From Mobula hypostoma (lineage: Eukaryota): a stretch of DNA of 64,000 nt. The notes beneath the pieces are model-generated. The model was not told the origin of the DNA and ran no database searches. It saw nothing but the letters and a program-made list of their open reading frames with translations. Made by a program: the position numbers and the translations under genes. Below, piece by piece: positions 10,375 through 24,447 of this stretch. The DNA is taken from assembly GCF_963921235.1 (NCBI RefSeq), contig NC_086097.1, forward strand, positions 63,924,001-63,988,000, in the 5' to 3' direction. Position 1 is the stretch's first letter, and every line of letters begins with the position of its first letter.

Positions 10375-13300
10375 CTCACCCACTATAGGAAACATCCTTT
10401 CAACATCCACTCTATCTAGGCCTTTCAATATTCGATAGGTTTCAATTAATCTACCCCATTCTTCTAAATTCCAATGAGTACAGATACAGAGCTATCAAGC
10501 ATTCCTCATACATTAACCCTTTCATTTCTTGAATCAATCACATAAACCTCCTCTGGACCATCTCAAATGCCAGCACATAATTTCCTAAGAGGCCCAAATT
10601 TGCTCATAATGCCCCAAGTGTGGTCTGACCAATACCTTATAAAGGGTCAGCTTCATATCCTTGCTCTTATATTTTAGTCCTCTTGAAATAAATGTTAACA
10701 TTACATTTGCCTTCCTTACCACTGATTCAACTTGCAAGTTAACCTTCAGGGAACTCACAACGAGGATTCCCAAGTCCCCTTGCACCTCTGAGTTTTGAAT
10801 TTTTTCCCCAGTTAGAAAATAGTCCACACCTTTATTCTTTTTACCGAAGTGCATGACCATGCACTTCCCTACACTATATTCTATCTGCCACTTCATTGCT
10901 CATTCTCCCAATCTGTGCAAGCCTTTCTGCAGACTCCCTGCTTTCTCAACACTGCCTGCCCCTCCACCTATCTTTGTGTTGCCTGCAAACTTGGCTACAA
11001 ATTCATTAATTCCATCATCCAAATCGTTGCCATTCAATATGAAAAGAAGGTAACCTGTGGGGAAAACCACTAGTCACTGGCAGCCAGCCAGAATAGGCCC
11101 CCTTTATTCTGACTCTTTGCCTCCTGCCAGTCAGCCAATCTTCTATTGATGCTAGTATATTCCCTGTAATATCCTGGGCTCTTATCTTGTTAAGCAGCCT
11201 CATGAGCAGCACCCTGTCAAAGGCCTTACAAAAATCCAAGTACACAACGTCCACTGACTCTCCTTTGTCTAATCTGCCTGTTATTTCCTCAAAGAATTCT
11301 GACAGATTTGTCAAGCAAGATTTCCCCTCAAGGAAACCATGCTGTCAATAGCCTATTTTACCATGCACTTCTCAGTACTCTGAAACCACATCCTTAATAA
11401 AGGACTCCAACATCTTTCCAATCACTGATGTCTAGGCTAACTGGCCTATAATTTCATTTCTTCTGCCTCTTTCCCTTTTAAAGAGTGAAGTGACATTTGC
11501 AATTTTCCAGTCCTCCAAAACCACTCCAGAATTTACTGATTTCTGAAAGATCATTATTAATGCCTCCACAATCTCTTCAGCTACCCCCTTCAGAACCCTG
11601 GATATAGTCCATCTGGTCCAGGTGACATCTACCTTCGGGCCTTTCAGCTTCCCAAACACTTGGTAATATAATAGCAACAACCCTCACTTCTGCCCCATGA
11701 TGTTCTCGAAGTTCTAGCATTCTGTTAGTGGCTTCCACAGTGAGGATTAAAACAAAATACTTGTGAAGTACATTCGCTATTTCATTAACCTCCATTACAT
11801 ACTCTCCAGCATCATTTTCTGGTGGTCCAATATCCACTCTCGACTCTCTTTTACTCTTTATATATATGAAAATAACCGTTAGTATTCTCTTTAATATTAT
11901 TAGCCAGTTTACCTTCATATCTCATCTTTTCTCTCCTTATGGTTTTTTAGTTGCCTTCGTTGGTTTTTAAAAGCTTCCCAACCCTCTAACTTTCCACTAT
12001 TTTTGCTATTGTATATGCCATCTCTTTCACTTTTATGCTGTCTTTGACAGTCCTTGTCAACCACAGTTGCTTCATCCTCTCTTTGGGATGTATTTATTCT
12101 GCACCTTTTGAATTGCCCTCAGAAACTCCATCCATTGCTGCTCTGATGTCACCTCTAGTATTGTCCCCTTCCAATCAACTTTGACCAGCTTCTCTCTCAT
12201 GCCTCTGCAATCCCCTTTACTCCACTGAAATATTGATACGTCCGATTTTAGCTTCTCCTTCACAGCCTGCAGGGTAAATTCTAACATATTATCATCACTG
12301 CCTTCAATGGATTTCTTCACCTTAAACTAATCAAATCTGATTCATTACACAACATCCAATCCAGAATTGCCTTTCCCCAAGTGGGCTCAACCACAGGCTG
12401 CTCAAAAAATTCCCTCTCTTAGATCCAGCACCAACCTGATTTTCCCAATCTACTTGCATATTGAAATCCCCCATGACTATCGTTAACTTATTACATGCCT
12501 TTTCTATTTCCCATTGATATTTATATCCCACATCCTGGCTACTGTTTGGGGGCTTGTACATAACTCCCATCAGGGTCTTTTTCCCTTTGCAATTTCTTAA
12601 CTCTACACACAAGGATCCTACGTACTCCGGTGCTGTGTCACCTTTTTCTAAGGATTTGATTTCAATTTTTACCAACAGAGCCACTCCATCCCCCCGCCTA
12701 CCTTTCAATACAAGGTGCATCCTTGGATGTTAAGTTCCCAACTATCTTTTCAGCCATGATTCAGTGATGCCCACAACATCAAACAACACATGCAAAATGC
12801 TGGAGGAACACAGTAGGCCAGGCAACGTCTAGAGAAAAAAGTAGTCAATGTTTTGGGCCAAATCCTTCAGCAGGCCCACAACATCATATCTGCCAATCCC
12901 CAACTGCACATGATCATCTATCTTATTCCATAAACTGCATGCCATCAGATATATCTCCAGTACTCTATTCATCACCCTTTTCAATTTTGACCCCATGTTA
13001 TACTTCTGCTCATGCCATTGATTGCAATTTTGCCCTGTCATCTGCCTGTCCTTCCTCACAATCTCACTCACATTGCATCTCATTGTATACCAATTGCCCT
13101 ATCATCACTCTGGTTCCCATCCTTCTGCAAACTTAGTTTAAACCCTCCTCAACAGCTCTAACAAACCTACCTGCAGATATTGCATCCCACCCCCACCCCG
13201 TATTCATCCTTTTTGTACAGGTCACACTTTCCCCAGAAGAGATATCAATGATCCAGAAACCTGAAACCGTGCCTCCTGCACTACTTCCTCAGCCACTTAT

Positions 13301-13900
13301 TCATCTGTACTATCGTCCTACTCCTGCCCTCACTAGTTTGTGGTACTGGGAGTAACCCACAGCTTCAGCCTCTTCTCCAACTCCGTATACTCACTGCGCA
13401 GGACCTCTTCCCCCTCTCTACCTACAGTATGTCATTATGCAACACAACCTCCAACTGCTCATCTTCGCTCTTGAGAATCTTCTGTAGCCGCTGAGACATC
13501 CTGGACACTAGCACCTCGGAAGCAACACGCCATCACGGCTTCTTCTCATGGCCACAGAATCTGCTGTCTGTTCCTCTGACTACCGAGTCTCCTATCACTC
13601 CTGCCTGATTTTACCCTTCCCTGCAGAGCCTCAGAGCCAGCATTAGTGCCAATGATCTTGCTGTTGATGCTGTGTCCTGATAGGTCATGTCCAACCCCCT
13701 CCCCCATACCCTGCAGCACCCACAGGGGTATTCTTGTTGCTGAAGAGAATAGCCATGGTGAACTCTGCTTACTTCTTCTGGTGGTCATCCACCTACTATC
13801 TGAAGACTGCACCCTGGGCGTCACCACCTCAGTAAGTCTCATCGCTAAAGTTTTCAGCATCTCAGATGGTCCTGAGTGCACCCAGCTCCAGTTCCAGTTC
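10375..13900 (-). mobile_element. CR1-clade LINE, long degenerate copy (ORF1 remnant, endonuclease, RT)
   Basis: GRRGDGVALLVK, IVMGDFN, VDVVYLDFCKAFD, RPHLGHY motifs. Confidence 0.85.
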
Positions 13901-14995
13901 CTTGACTAGTCAGTCAGTTGGGTGCACTTCCTGCAGAGATAATCATCAGCGAGACCATTAGGTACTCTGAAATCCCTCATCTCACAGGAGGAGCATTCTA
14001 CTATTGTCCTGCCTACGCTTGTTATACCTCTAACTTATCAAACTCAGGCTCTAGCCTGGGCCTGTTCTCACCCAAGCCTGTGGAGCTAAACCCTGCCCAC
14101 TCCAACAATGGCCACTCTGCTTAAACTTTGCTTCTTTTTACTGGCTCAGTAAACCTCTTCTGAATCCTCTGCACCCTTCCTGTAATGGGGTGACCAAAAA
14201 TGCACACACTAACCAGAAGTGCAGCCTAACCAAACTTTCAAGCAACTGCATCATGTCTTTGTGACTCTTATAACTTATGCCTTAGCGATGAAAGCAACTG
14301 TTACCATATGCCTTCTTTACCACTATCTACTTGCTTTGCTACTTTTATTACCTAGTGACACAATGCTTAAATTACTTAATGGTGAAAGTAATGGATGCGT
14401 ACTGTGTAAACAGATTTAGGTATTACTATATATAGTGAAAACAATCTTAACTAAATTCGAGTTTCATTTAATTAACAATATATTGCACTAAAGAATATAT
14501 AATGCAGTTAAACTTTGATAAGCTGGCATGCTCAGAACATTGGTGGTGCAAGACTAGCAGAATTTTGGTACTACTGGATGTTATTCCCTATTAACATCAC
14601 AACACATTATTATATTAAACTTCTGTGTAATATATTTATAACTTTTCCGATGAGCCAACTAAGTTCAATGGGAGTGCAGGAAATAGGGTCCCAGTGAGTT
14701 GAAAGGGATCATGAGAAACGTCACCCAGTGAGGAGCCCGATTTCAGAACTGCAGGAATTCCGAGCAGTTGGATAATACATTATTGGAGTTTTATTGTAAT
14801 GTAATAGTTAAATAACTTGGAGATTAGACACTAATTCACCTTTGAGAACTTGGGAAGGTGGGAAGGCCAAGCAGCTGGAATGAAAAGTCCCATGTGGTTA
14901 GAGCTCTGCTGGTAATGGCAAATGATTCACGTGGTTCCATGGTGAACAGTATTATCTACAGCATTTGTTAAACTTACACCAATCTCAACACTTAC

Positions 14996-15133
14996 TCTGA
15001 AAAAAAAATTGAGGGAAAAAACATTTAGGTATCCTTTATTTTCCATATCTAATAACTTAAAGATATACTGGAGTGCAGCAGGTTCCTTTCGATTCTCCAA
15101 AGCAAGAACAAAGTCTAGGTAAGTCTTGTAATC
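14996..15133 (-). CDS. PPP2R3C: PPP2R3C exon 11 (DYKTYLDFVLALENRKEPAALQY...FFFR)
   Basis: ttccag / gtaagt; 138 nt; EF-hand-like LLDMENKGYL. Confidence 0.96.
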
Positions 15134-15399
15134 CTGGAAAAAAAAATGCAAAAAAAGACAACATGACATCTATCTAACCTATGATTCACAAAGATATATC
15201 ACACGTAAATATTAAGCATGGTATTAATATGGTAAACAAAAATTAGTCAATTTCTCTCACACAACATTTTCATTTCCCTTTTAATTTACTGAGCAGAGAC
15301 ATTTTTCTTCTTTCACCTTTCCGTGGTTTCAGTAAGAATACTAACATTTTAAAATGACAAGTGACCAGCAAGAAACATTAACCAAAAGCAAAAGAGAAA

Positions 15400-16070
15400 A
15401 GGAATGTGATGACTGGAAATCGGAAATATGTACTGAAATAGTGGAAACATTCAGTCAGGAAGTATTTCAGTTGATACTTCATTGGTATTGGAGGAAGTTA
15501 ATTCCCTAACAAGTTTTAATTTGACACAAAATGTAGCGAAGCAGGATGGGGAGAGAACAAGAAGAAATATGACAACAGGAAATAATAAATTACAAAAAGC
15601 TGGTCATAGGTAAAAGGGTCGTAGAGGAACGAGAACGAAGAGTCGAGAGGAAATGTAACTGTGAATAAGAACCTTTACTAAATGCTGCTTTTCTAAAGAA
15701 AGCAATGATCATGATTTGAATGTGTTGAAATCATAAGACAATAAAGTTAATTTCTTAAGCAAGAAGTTGAGACGTTATTCCTCAACCTTACTTTTTGCCT
15801 GAGAGAAACAGGAAGCCAAGGAAAGAAATGTCAGTGGAAAAGTGTCAGGCAACAGGAAATTCAGTCAAGTTTACCAACTGAATGGATGTTCTGCAACATG
15901 AGCAGGGATTACAGTGTATGAAATGCAAAGTATAACAAATAAATTGTTATTTCACCTGGAAAGCACATTTGGGACCCTACACAAGAAAGGAAGCCAAATG
16001 GTGGTAGCAACTGAGGAGCGGACCAAGGTGTTACCATAGGAACAACTGCTTCAGAATGCTGAAAAGAGTG
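15400..16070 (-). mobile_element. Degenerate Penelope-like remnant
   Basis: Patchy similarity to the 26.4-28.3 kb element. Confidence 0.4.
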
Positions 16071-17256
16071 AGATCAAACTAGGAACGTAGAAGATTGAAG
16101 GATGGTCATACAGAGGTGTATAAAATCAAGAACGAACAGGTAGAGTGAACACACAATCTTTTTCCAGGTCTCAAAGCTAGAGGGCATAGGTTTAAGGTGA
16201 GAGGTGAAAGATTTCAAAGGGTCCTGAGGGGCAACTTCTTCATATAGAGGGTACTGCGTATAATGGAATGAGCTGAAGCAGGTATGATAATAACATTTAC
16301 AAGACATGTGGAAAAGTACAAAAATAGGAGGGTGTTAGAAGGACATGAGTCAAATGTGGGCAAGTGGGACTAGTTTGGTTGCACAATGACCAGCATGGAC
16401 GAGAAGGTCTGAAGGGCCGTTTCCTCTGTGACTGCTAGTAAAATGATAGAGCATTATCTATTGAATGTGAAGAATGAGCCTCCTTTAATTTATTAATTTC
16501 TCAGGACTGGTGTCACTGGCAAGGACAGCATTTGTTGGTCATGCCCATCCCTAGATGCCTTTGAAAAGATGATCATGACTCCCCAGCTGCAATCCTTCTG
16601 GTGAAGGCACTTCAGCAGAGCTTTAAGGTTAGGATGTTCAGATGTTATGCTCAGAGACTGGTGATGTGTAATTTGAAGGGGAATATATAGGTGGTGCTTT
16701 CTGAAGTACAATCAGAAAGCTGTGAGAGTCAATAGATGTTGGCTGTAAAGATCACCCTGAGATGAAAAATGGGGATATGAAGGTAAAGTGAGATCCAGAA
16801 ATGGACTATGGCTTCCTTTGACCCATAATAAATGAGGTAGGAAAAAAAGCTTGCATAACAATAACCATATGACAAATAATGGACTTATAATGCACAATAT
16901 AACTTGTCACATTAGACAATAATTGTTTGATACAAGTCATTTGACTTCAAATAGTAATCAGACATTCTTAATGGAGATAAAACATCAAAGAGCTTAATAT
17001 TTTTAAAGTATACTATCAAAGAATTACAGTGGATTTATGCATAAACTAGGGTTAGTACATTAAAATAGCAGATTCAGAAATAAATGTGCTATGTCCAGCG
17101 TTAATAATCTATGAAGTCGTCGTAAGTCATACAGCTATTATTTATTACAATAGGTTAATATTTTGTGATGGTTGCAATGATGGAATTCCATTTCAATACA
17201 CAAGGAAAAATTCTAACTAAAATAAATTGTTACAGGTTGAATTTGTAAACAATTAC

Positions 17257-17393
17257 CATTTCTCCATCATATGTTAGACACTCCTGAAAGACTCGATCCA
17301 AAAACACTCCTGTAAGAGTTCCAGTACCATAACGTGACAATTCTTCTTTGCTGAGCATTCCATTGTGATCTTTATCTAGATTTAAGTATTGTC
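17257..17393 (-). CDS. PPP2R3C: PPP2R3C exon 10 (GQYLNLDKDHNGMLSKEELSRYGTGTLTGVFLDRVFQECLTYDGEM)
   Basis: ccttag / gtaatt; EF-hand DKDHNGMLSKEE. Confidence 0.96.
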
Positions 17394-17490
17394 CTAAGGC
17401 ATAAACAAAATTATATTAGAAAAACATGATTATAAGTAGTTATACCCACTTATTATGAATATAAAGTTCATGTATGCATCTAACACATAC

Positions 17491-17566
17491 CATATACTCT
17501 CAATGCAGAGGGAGCAGAAAACCAGTTTGATTCTTGACTTTCTTTGGACAGTTCCTCATCTCTGAG
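17491..17566 (-). CDS. PPP2R3C: PPP2R3C exon 9 (LRDEELSKESQESNWFSAPSALRVY)
   Basis: tttgtag / gtatgt; 76 nt. Confidence 0.95.
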
Positions 17567-17658
17567 CTACAAATAAAAGCGCCAAGGCAAAAGCAGTCAC
17601 CATCTTTAAAATATATAAATACATCAGATTTGAAATTAAACTTTTATTAATGTTTTAC

Positions 17659-17714
17659 CTCCAACAAATCATCCAGAAAGCTGCAGGCCAAAATATCTTG
17701 GATTTTTATCTTGC
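17659..17714 (-). CDS. PPP2R3C: PPP2R3C exon 8 (GKIKIQDILACSFLDDLLE)
   Basis: ttctag / gtaaaa; 56 nt. Confidence 0.95.
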
Positions 17715-18369
17715 CTAGAAGGATATTAAATGAGAAAGTTTTGTATTGAACAATTGTATCAGCTTACATATAGTACCACGCAGAAGTGTTAGGCACGTAT
17801 ATATAGCTAGGGCACCCAAAACATTTGCAGAGCACTGTAGTAATGTCATGTATCACACTGTTCTGCTGCTGCAGCATAAAAAAAATCGTGACATGTGTGT
17901 GATGATAAACCTGATTCTGATGTGTGTCTCTACTGTGGACTGAGAGTGGGAGGGGGCAGGGAAAGGGGAATCACGTTTGGGAAAGAAAAGGGAAACAGGA
18001 GGGAGTGAGAAGCACCAGAGAGACATTCTATAATGATCAATAAACCAATTGTTTGGAATCGCATGACCTTGCCTGGTGTCTCAAGGCTGAGTGTGTCTGC
18101 ACCCACCCCTGGCACTCCTATGCCTATTGTCCCTCATCACCCTGCCATAGTGCTCCACCCTCACCATTCCCAACATCCTTTGCTCCTGCCAGATTTACAA
18201 ACTTGCTGTCTGCTCCACGTTGACAAATACAATAAGGTCCAAATGTCTTAGGCACCCTAGCTATGCATATATGTGCCTAAGACTTTAGCACAATACTGAA
18301 CATAAAAATAACCTAAAGTTAAAAGGTTTGAATCAACAGACACCAACCTACTACAATTTCCGTTCCGAT

Positions 18370-19410
18370 CAATTCTATCCATCAAATACCACAAGGATAA
18401 AAGGAGTGAATTTATACCTAGAGCCAGAGGATGTAAATGAAGTACTGGGACCGTTGCTTTTCACATTATTTAGATATTGGAATTGATGGCTTTGTTGCAA
18501 AGTTTGCAGATGATACGAAGATAGGTGGAGGGGTAGGTAGTGCTGAGGAAGCAATGCAATTGTAGTAGGACTTAAGACAAATTGGAAGAATGGACAAAAA
18601 GTGGCAGATGGAATACAGTGTTGGGAATTGTATGATAATGCATTTTGGTAGAAGGAACAATAGTGTGGACTATTATCTAATTGGGGAGAAGGTTCAAAAA
18701 TCAGAGGTGTAGAGGGACAGGAGTCCTCGTGCAAGACTTCCAGAAGGCTAATTTACAGGTTGAACCTGTGATAAAGGCGGCAAATGCAATATTGGCATTT
18801 ATTTCAAGGGAAATAGAACATAAAAGTAAGGAGATAATACTGAGCCTTTGTAAGACACTAGTCAGGCTGCACTAGAGTATCGCCAACAGTTTTAGGCCCA
18901 ATATCTCAATGTGTTGTCATTAGAGAAAATCCAGAGGAGGTTCACGAGGATGATTCTGGGAATGAAGGGGTTAACATATGAGGAGCGTTTGGTAGCTTTG
19001 GGCCTGTACTCACCGGAATTCAGAAGAATGTGGGGGAGGATCTCATTGAAACCTACCGAATGTTGAAAGGACTAGATAGAGTAGATATGGAGAGGATGTT
19101 TCCTGTGGTGGGTGTTCCAGAACTAAAGGGCACATCCTCAAAATTGAGACACGACCCTTTAGGACAGAGGTAAGGAGGAATTCTTTTAGCCAGAGAGTAG
19201 GGAATCTGTGGAATGCTCTGCCACAGACTGCGGTGGAGGCCAAGTCCATGCGTATATTTAAAGCGGAAGTTGATAGTTTCCTGAGGGCATCAATGGCAAG
19301 AGGGCAGGTGTATAGGGTTGAGTGGGATCCAGGATCAGCCATAATGGAATGAAGGAGCATACTCGATGGGCTGAATGGCCAAATTCTGCTCCTGTGTCTT
19401 ATGGTCTTAA
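18370..19410 (+). mobile_element. CR1-clade LINE 3' fragment
   Basis: AKFADDTKIGG and downstream CR1 ORF2 and 3' UTR similarity. Confidence 0.88.
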
Positions 19411-20342
19411 GTACTAAATGAGTATTAGATGGGCTGATTTGTACGCTTGCAGATGAACAGAAAAAATGGTGGAGCTGCGGATAGTGAAGAAAATCATCAA
19501 AGTTGTCAGTGGGATACGGATCAGCAGCAACATGGCCCAATAAATGTTTAATCCGGGAAAGTGTGCGGTGTTGCACTTTGACAGGTAAGGGGAAAGTATC
19601 CAGTAAATTCTAATTCCAAATACTGATGTGAACACTAGCTCTGTGAGGATTTCAAAACAATGTCATGTATTCTTGCAACCATATAGCTGGCGCCAAACAA
19701 CACGAGGTGATTCTTGTGAAAATATCGCACAGCTCTCAGATTATAAAACATCATTTGCTGTTTATTTGGCAGTAATCATTATGTACATGCTGTATGAGGA
19801 TTATCTGTTCAGCACTTCCAGCTGACCATAGTCAAGGTACGTACCTAGAAATAATAGTGTCAAAATTAGATGGAGACTATATTGGACTGGCACAAGGAGA
19901 GTGCCTTAAAAGGAGAGGACTCAGACCTTGAGTTTATTCAAAACAATGGATGGATTTCTGGATTCTAAAGGGAATGAAGGAACTGGGACAATGCATATAC
20001 GTAGATAGAGCTGATGTTGACTATCAGCCTTGCCGTTGTTAGATGGTGGAGGAGACTTGGGGGATGAGGTGGCCTATTCTTATTCCTACTTATGTTTCAG
20101 CCAAAAGCTTAAGTACATGAATCCCAGTCTGAGAATATTGTGAATCTACTTGCTCTCACATTTCATTGGATTGTGCAATTGTTTAACACCATCCTGGCAG
20201 CATGAGGACGAAAATAAATAATACGTTGGCTAATCATAGTGACAGTGCTAATTACCAAAACTGCTCAAGTAATCTACAATAGATATTCAAAATTAACAAA
20301 AACATTTGAATACAATGAAATATACAGTAGCATATAACTTGC

Positions 20343-20475
20343 CTGTTCTGAGTGGATCAAGGAAAAAGAAAAATTTTCTAACAGCTGTGCACACATAAAA
20401 TGAATAGAAGGACTTCTCTAAGCCATCAAGCTGTGGTAAAGTTGGAATGAGCTCCAAAATGTAATTTTCCAAGTC
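20343..20475 (-). CDS. PPP2R3C: PPP2R3C exon 7 (DLENYILELIPTLPQLDGLEKSFYSFYVCTAVRKFFFFLDPLRT); GC donor
   Basis: caacag acceptor; donor is CAG|GCAAGT; 133 nt keeps frame with exon 8. Confidence 0.93.
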
Positions 20476-20580
20476 CTGTTGGTATAATTTAGTAAAGTGT
20501 TAACATTTCATAGACACAACATATAGCATTAAAGGGGAATCATTTTAATTTAACCGTCAAGTCTGAGCACAAATACTTAC

Positions 20581-20651
20581 AGATTCACGAAGATATCCTT
20601 GACCTGCTACATCATACAAACTGAGTCCTATTCTTGTCTGATGTAGCCAAA
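20581..20651 (-). CDS. PPP2R3C: PPP2R3C exon 6 (VWLHQTRIGLSLYDVAGQGYLRES)
   Basis: tttcag / gtaagt; 71 nt. Confidence 0.95.
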
Positions 20652-20741
20652 CTGAAATGCAAGGTTTCAGTATGTTATAAATAACTGAATATTCAGTTAA
20701 AATAGAGATGAATGTACATTTATAGCTTATAATTCTATTAC

Positions 20742-20839
20742 CTTTTCGCATGACATAATTGAAGAACTGCATAATGGAAATCCTCCCATATGGATCATTG
20801 TGCAAAAGTTTTGCAAATATCTTAGCTGCGAAGAACTGT
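20742..20839 (-). CDS. PPP2R3C: PPP2R3C exon 5 (QFFAAKIFAKLLHNDPYGRISIMQFFNYVMRK)
   Basis: caacag / gtaata; 98 nt. Confidence 0.94.
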
Positions 20840-21200
20840 CTGTTGGAATTCATTAAAATGCAATACAAAAGCTCTAATAAATTAAAAATGTCCTAAGATT
20901 AACATTTAAAGTATATGCTTCCGTTTTAACTTCATATGAAGAAGCTGGATAATTCTCTACAAAAATTACATCACAACTTCGAACCACTGAAGCAAGTAAC
21001 AAGACACCAACCCACTCTTTTGAGAGTTTTCTGTTGTGCAGGCTACTTCAACAAAAGTAGCAGCTTTACTCAACTAATTACTTTATTTAATTTAAGCTAG
21101 GTCAAGTTACAAAGTATTATAAAGTTACGAAGTATTTTAATTAAAATACACTGAATTCCTTTGTTTTAAAAACCTCAAAAGATATACATAAGACACTTAC

Positions 21201-21313
21201 TTGCATTTCTGGCCTGCCTTTTCTTTGACCTGCAGAAAATTTTCATAATTTATCATTGCTTCCTCTCCTAGCAAAGGAGGGGTTTGATGTTTGTCTAGGT
21301 GAAACCACAGATT
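21201..21313 (-). CDS. PPP2R3C: PPP2R3C exon 4 (NLWFHLDKHQTPPLLGEEAMINYENFLQVKEKAGQKC)
   Basis: tttgtag / gtaagt; 113 nt. Confidence 0.95.
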
Positions 21314-21599
21314 CTACAAAACAAAATTAAACAAGAATAAGCTCAACTATTTCAGATTCAAAGTATTTGTTACGGAACCTGGAACACAGGTTGAACATTG
21401 GCTTTCGCATTGTGTTGTTAATCCAAAAGAAATCTAACATGCATCAGTAGAACCACAAACTTCTACAATCGAAAATATTTGTTTTAAATTTCTGTCAGCA
21501 AATTAAATTATAGATTCTGTTACAACTACTATGTGTAAACCATGACTAGGAAGCCAAATACTTTAGCAATTTACCAAGAATGCCATCCTTTTGTGATGC

Positions 21600-22845
21600 C
21601 TAGTCTGAATTATCTTGGCTCAAACTACCACGTCATGTGGCTAAGCATAACTCCAATGCCATCTTCAAATTTGCCCAGATACCACTGTTGCTGGATGAAT
21701 CAGACAAGGTGACGAGTCAGCTTACTAGAGCAAGATAGGGTACCTGATTACGCAGTGCCATAACAATAACCTCTCGCTCAATGCCAGCAAAACTAAAGAA
21801 CTGATTGTTGACTTCAAGAAGGGGAAGGAGGATAAACATGTGTGTCTATAACGAGGGATCAACAGTGAAGTAAGTCAGTATCTTTCAATTCCTGGGAATT
21901 AACCTATCAGGTGACTTGTCCTGGGCCCAGCACACCAATGCAATTAGAAGGAAAGCACTAACATCTTTTCTTTCTTCGGAGGTTAAGAAGGTTCGACTTG
22001 TCACCAAGCATTCGAACAGGGTACCTCAGTAGCGTCGCAGTTAGCGTGACGCTATTACAGCTCGGAACATCTGAGTTCAGATTTCAATTGCAACGTCATC
22101 TGTGAGGAGTCTGTACTTCCTCCGCAGGGCACGTGTGGGTTTTCTCCGGGTGCTCCAGTTTCTACCCACCGTCCAAAGACGTACCAGTTGGCAGGGTAAA
22201 TGGTCATTGTAAATTGTCCCGTGATTGGGCGAGGGTTAAATCAGGGGTTGCTGGGTGGCACAGCTCAAAGAGCCAGAAGGGCCTATTCTGCGCACTCTCT
22301 CTCTAAATAAACAAAAATAAATAACTTCTACAGATGTACTGTTGAAAGTATCCTGACAGGTTTCATTTGTGGTTTGGTATGGCAACTCAAAAACATAGGA
22401 ACACAAGAAGCTACTAAGAGAAGTGGACTCTGCCCAATAAATCATGGGCACATGCCTCCCCGCCACTGATGGTTTCTACTGGAGGCGCCACCTCAAGAAG
22501 ACAACATTGATCAAAGATCCCCACCATCTGAGCAACGCCATGTTTTTGTAGCTACCATCAGGCAGGAGATACAGAAGTCTAATGTTATACACCACCAGGT
22601 TCAAGAACAGCTACTTCCCTTCGACCATTTGACTCTTGAAACAACCAGCTGCAGTTTAGCAACACTATGATCACTTTGAACTCTTTGCACTAAAGTGGAC
22701 TTCTTTTGTTCTAATTGCACTTTCTGTGCATAACTGATGTTTAATAAATTGTTTCTCGTGAACCCTGTGTATAGGATGCTATGTGCCTGTGATGCTGCCG
22801 CATTGAAGTTTTTCAATGTACCTGTCCATGTAATAAACTTGACTT
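21600..22845 (+). mobile_element. Rex/Babar LINE remnant with nested SINE
   Basis: NNLSLNASKTKELIVDF and KDPHH motifs. Confidence 0.75.
22019..22322 (+). mobile_element. tRNA-derived SINE with V-domain-like core (HE1-like)
   Basis: A/B-box-like head, ctccgggtgctccagtttc...ccaaagac core, A-rich tail; sister copies at 23880-24165 (-), 31095-31345 (+), 52250-52570 (+), 59385-59685 (-). Confidence 0.75.
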
Positions 22846-23879
22846 GGAGACTGAGACTGTCCGTTTAAATTCTAGAACTGTGAGGAAAATACGGAGGGAA
22901 GAAAGGCACAGCAGACATTGATCCTGGTCCTCACATAACAGCAAGCCAAAATGAAAAATAATTCAAACTTGAACTCATAAATTCATGTTTGAATTGGGTG
23001 GGGAGAACAGGAACGCAGGGATGATCACAGTGCCAGAAGGATGGGGGCAGTATTACTGTGCTTTTGTTCTGTTGTTTATATACTAATTATCTGGAGGCAA
23101 TTAAACAACTTTCATTTTCACTTTGTATGTATCTTTGAATACAATGGTAGAGTTATGCTGTGTGAAATTTCTGCTTTTCCTGTGAACAGTATATATTAGG
23201 TGAACAAAACTTTACAAAGATTTTTGAAAGTGCAAGGCCATATTCAATCTGGTGTCAATTAAATCAGTGTTATTTTAAAAAGGGATTTTGATTGTATATT
23301 ATGCTAATTTTGGTGCTACAAATTAATTTTTCATCCTGACAGAGCAATTCATTAAAGCTTCAAACATATCTATGCTTTCCATCAAAAATAATATCAACCT
23401 ACTGTGCAAACGGTTTGATTTTCTTGAAGGCATCTACCTATCTTTATCTATCAATGCAAGTTCTCAAAACAAAAAGCAAGATTAAACTTCAAACATTTGT
23501 GCATGAATGTTTCTTCATAAGGTCAGATCTGGGCTTTTTTTGAAGATTGAACCATATTCTATTAATTGATTCTTCAAGAAAGTAAATAGTCCACACCTGT
23601 ACACGAGACATAGATACCTTCAGGCACAACCAGATAATTAACACACTATATTTGCGTCACAACAGTAGCAGACAACTCCATCAAGAAAGAATCTAAACAC
23701 TTACTTTGACCATTGCCAAGTTTTCCCACTGAAAACCTGGGAGTCTTAACTGGACCATATACTGAATAACATGGCTAAAAAATGAGTGTCCAAAAGAGAG
23801 TATATCCCTGACATCCCAAAGCCTTTCTATCACTTACAGCGCACAGGTCATAATAAAAGCAAACCAAAAAGGAAACTGC

Positions 23880-24165
23880 AATAATTTATTTATTGAGATA
23901 CAGTGCAGAATAGGCCCTTCAGGCCCTTAAAGCTGCACTGCCCAGCATCTCCCGACTTAACCCTAGCCTAATCACAGGACAATTTACAATGACCAATTAA
24001 CCTACCAACCGGTACATCTTTGGACGGTGGAAGGAAACTGGAGCACCCGGAGAAATTCCACGCATTCCATGGGGAGGACATACGAACTCCTTATAGATGA
24101 CATCAGAAATGAACTCCAAACTCTGACACCTTGAGTTGTAATAGCGTCATGCTAATTGCTATGAG
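23880..24165 (-). mobile_element. tRNA-derived V-domain-like SINE
   Basis: Reverse complement of the 22019-22322 family. Confidence 0.7.
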
Positions 24166-24447
24166 AGTTCAGTTAACAAAACTTTAAAATGCATTTAATA
24201 AAGATCTATTTGCCTCCTTTTTAACAAATGCTTTTTTTTTGCTACTCAGATACACTCAGTTACATTATTTAGCTCATGAAAAGCAAAACTATAACAAGCT
24301 CTTGCATTTACTTCCCTACTTTCTTGTTTGTGAATTACATAATCATGAATAAATATGACAATGAGGTAGATATCAAAATTAATCACACATTATAGTACAT
24401 TCTGGTATCATCAATCATCATCTTATAAATGTAGAGGTTTTTCATAC

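Noticed and set aside
17771..18298. Two palindromic units of about 70 bp
   Set aside because: They look like decayed Tc1-type mini-MITEs; too degenerate to support anything more.
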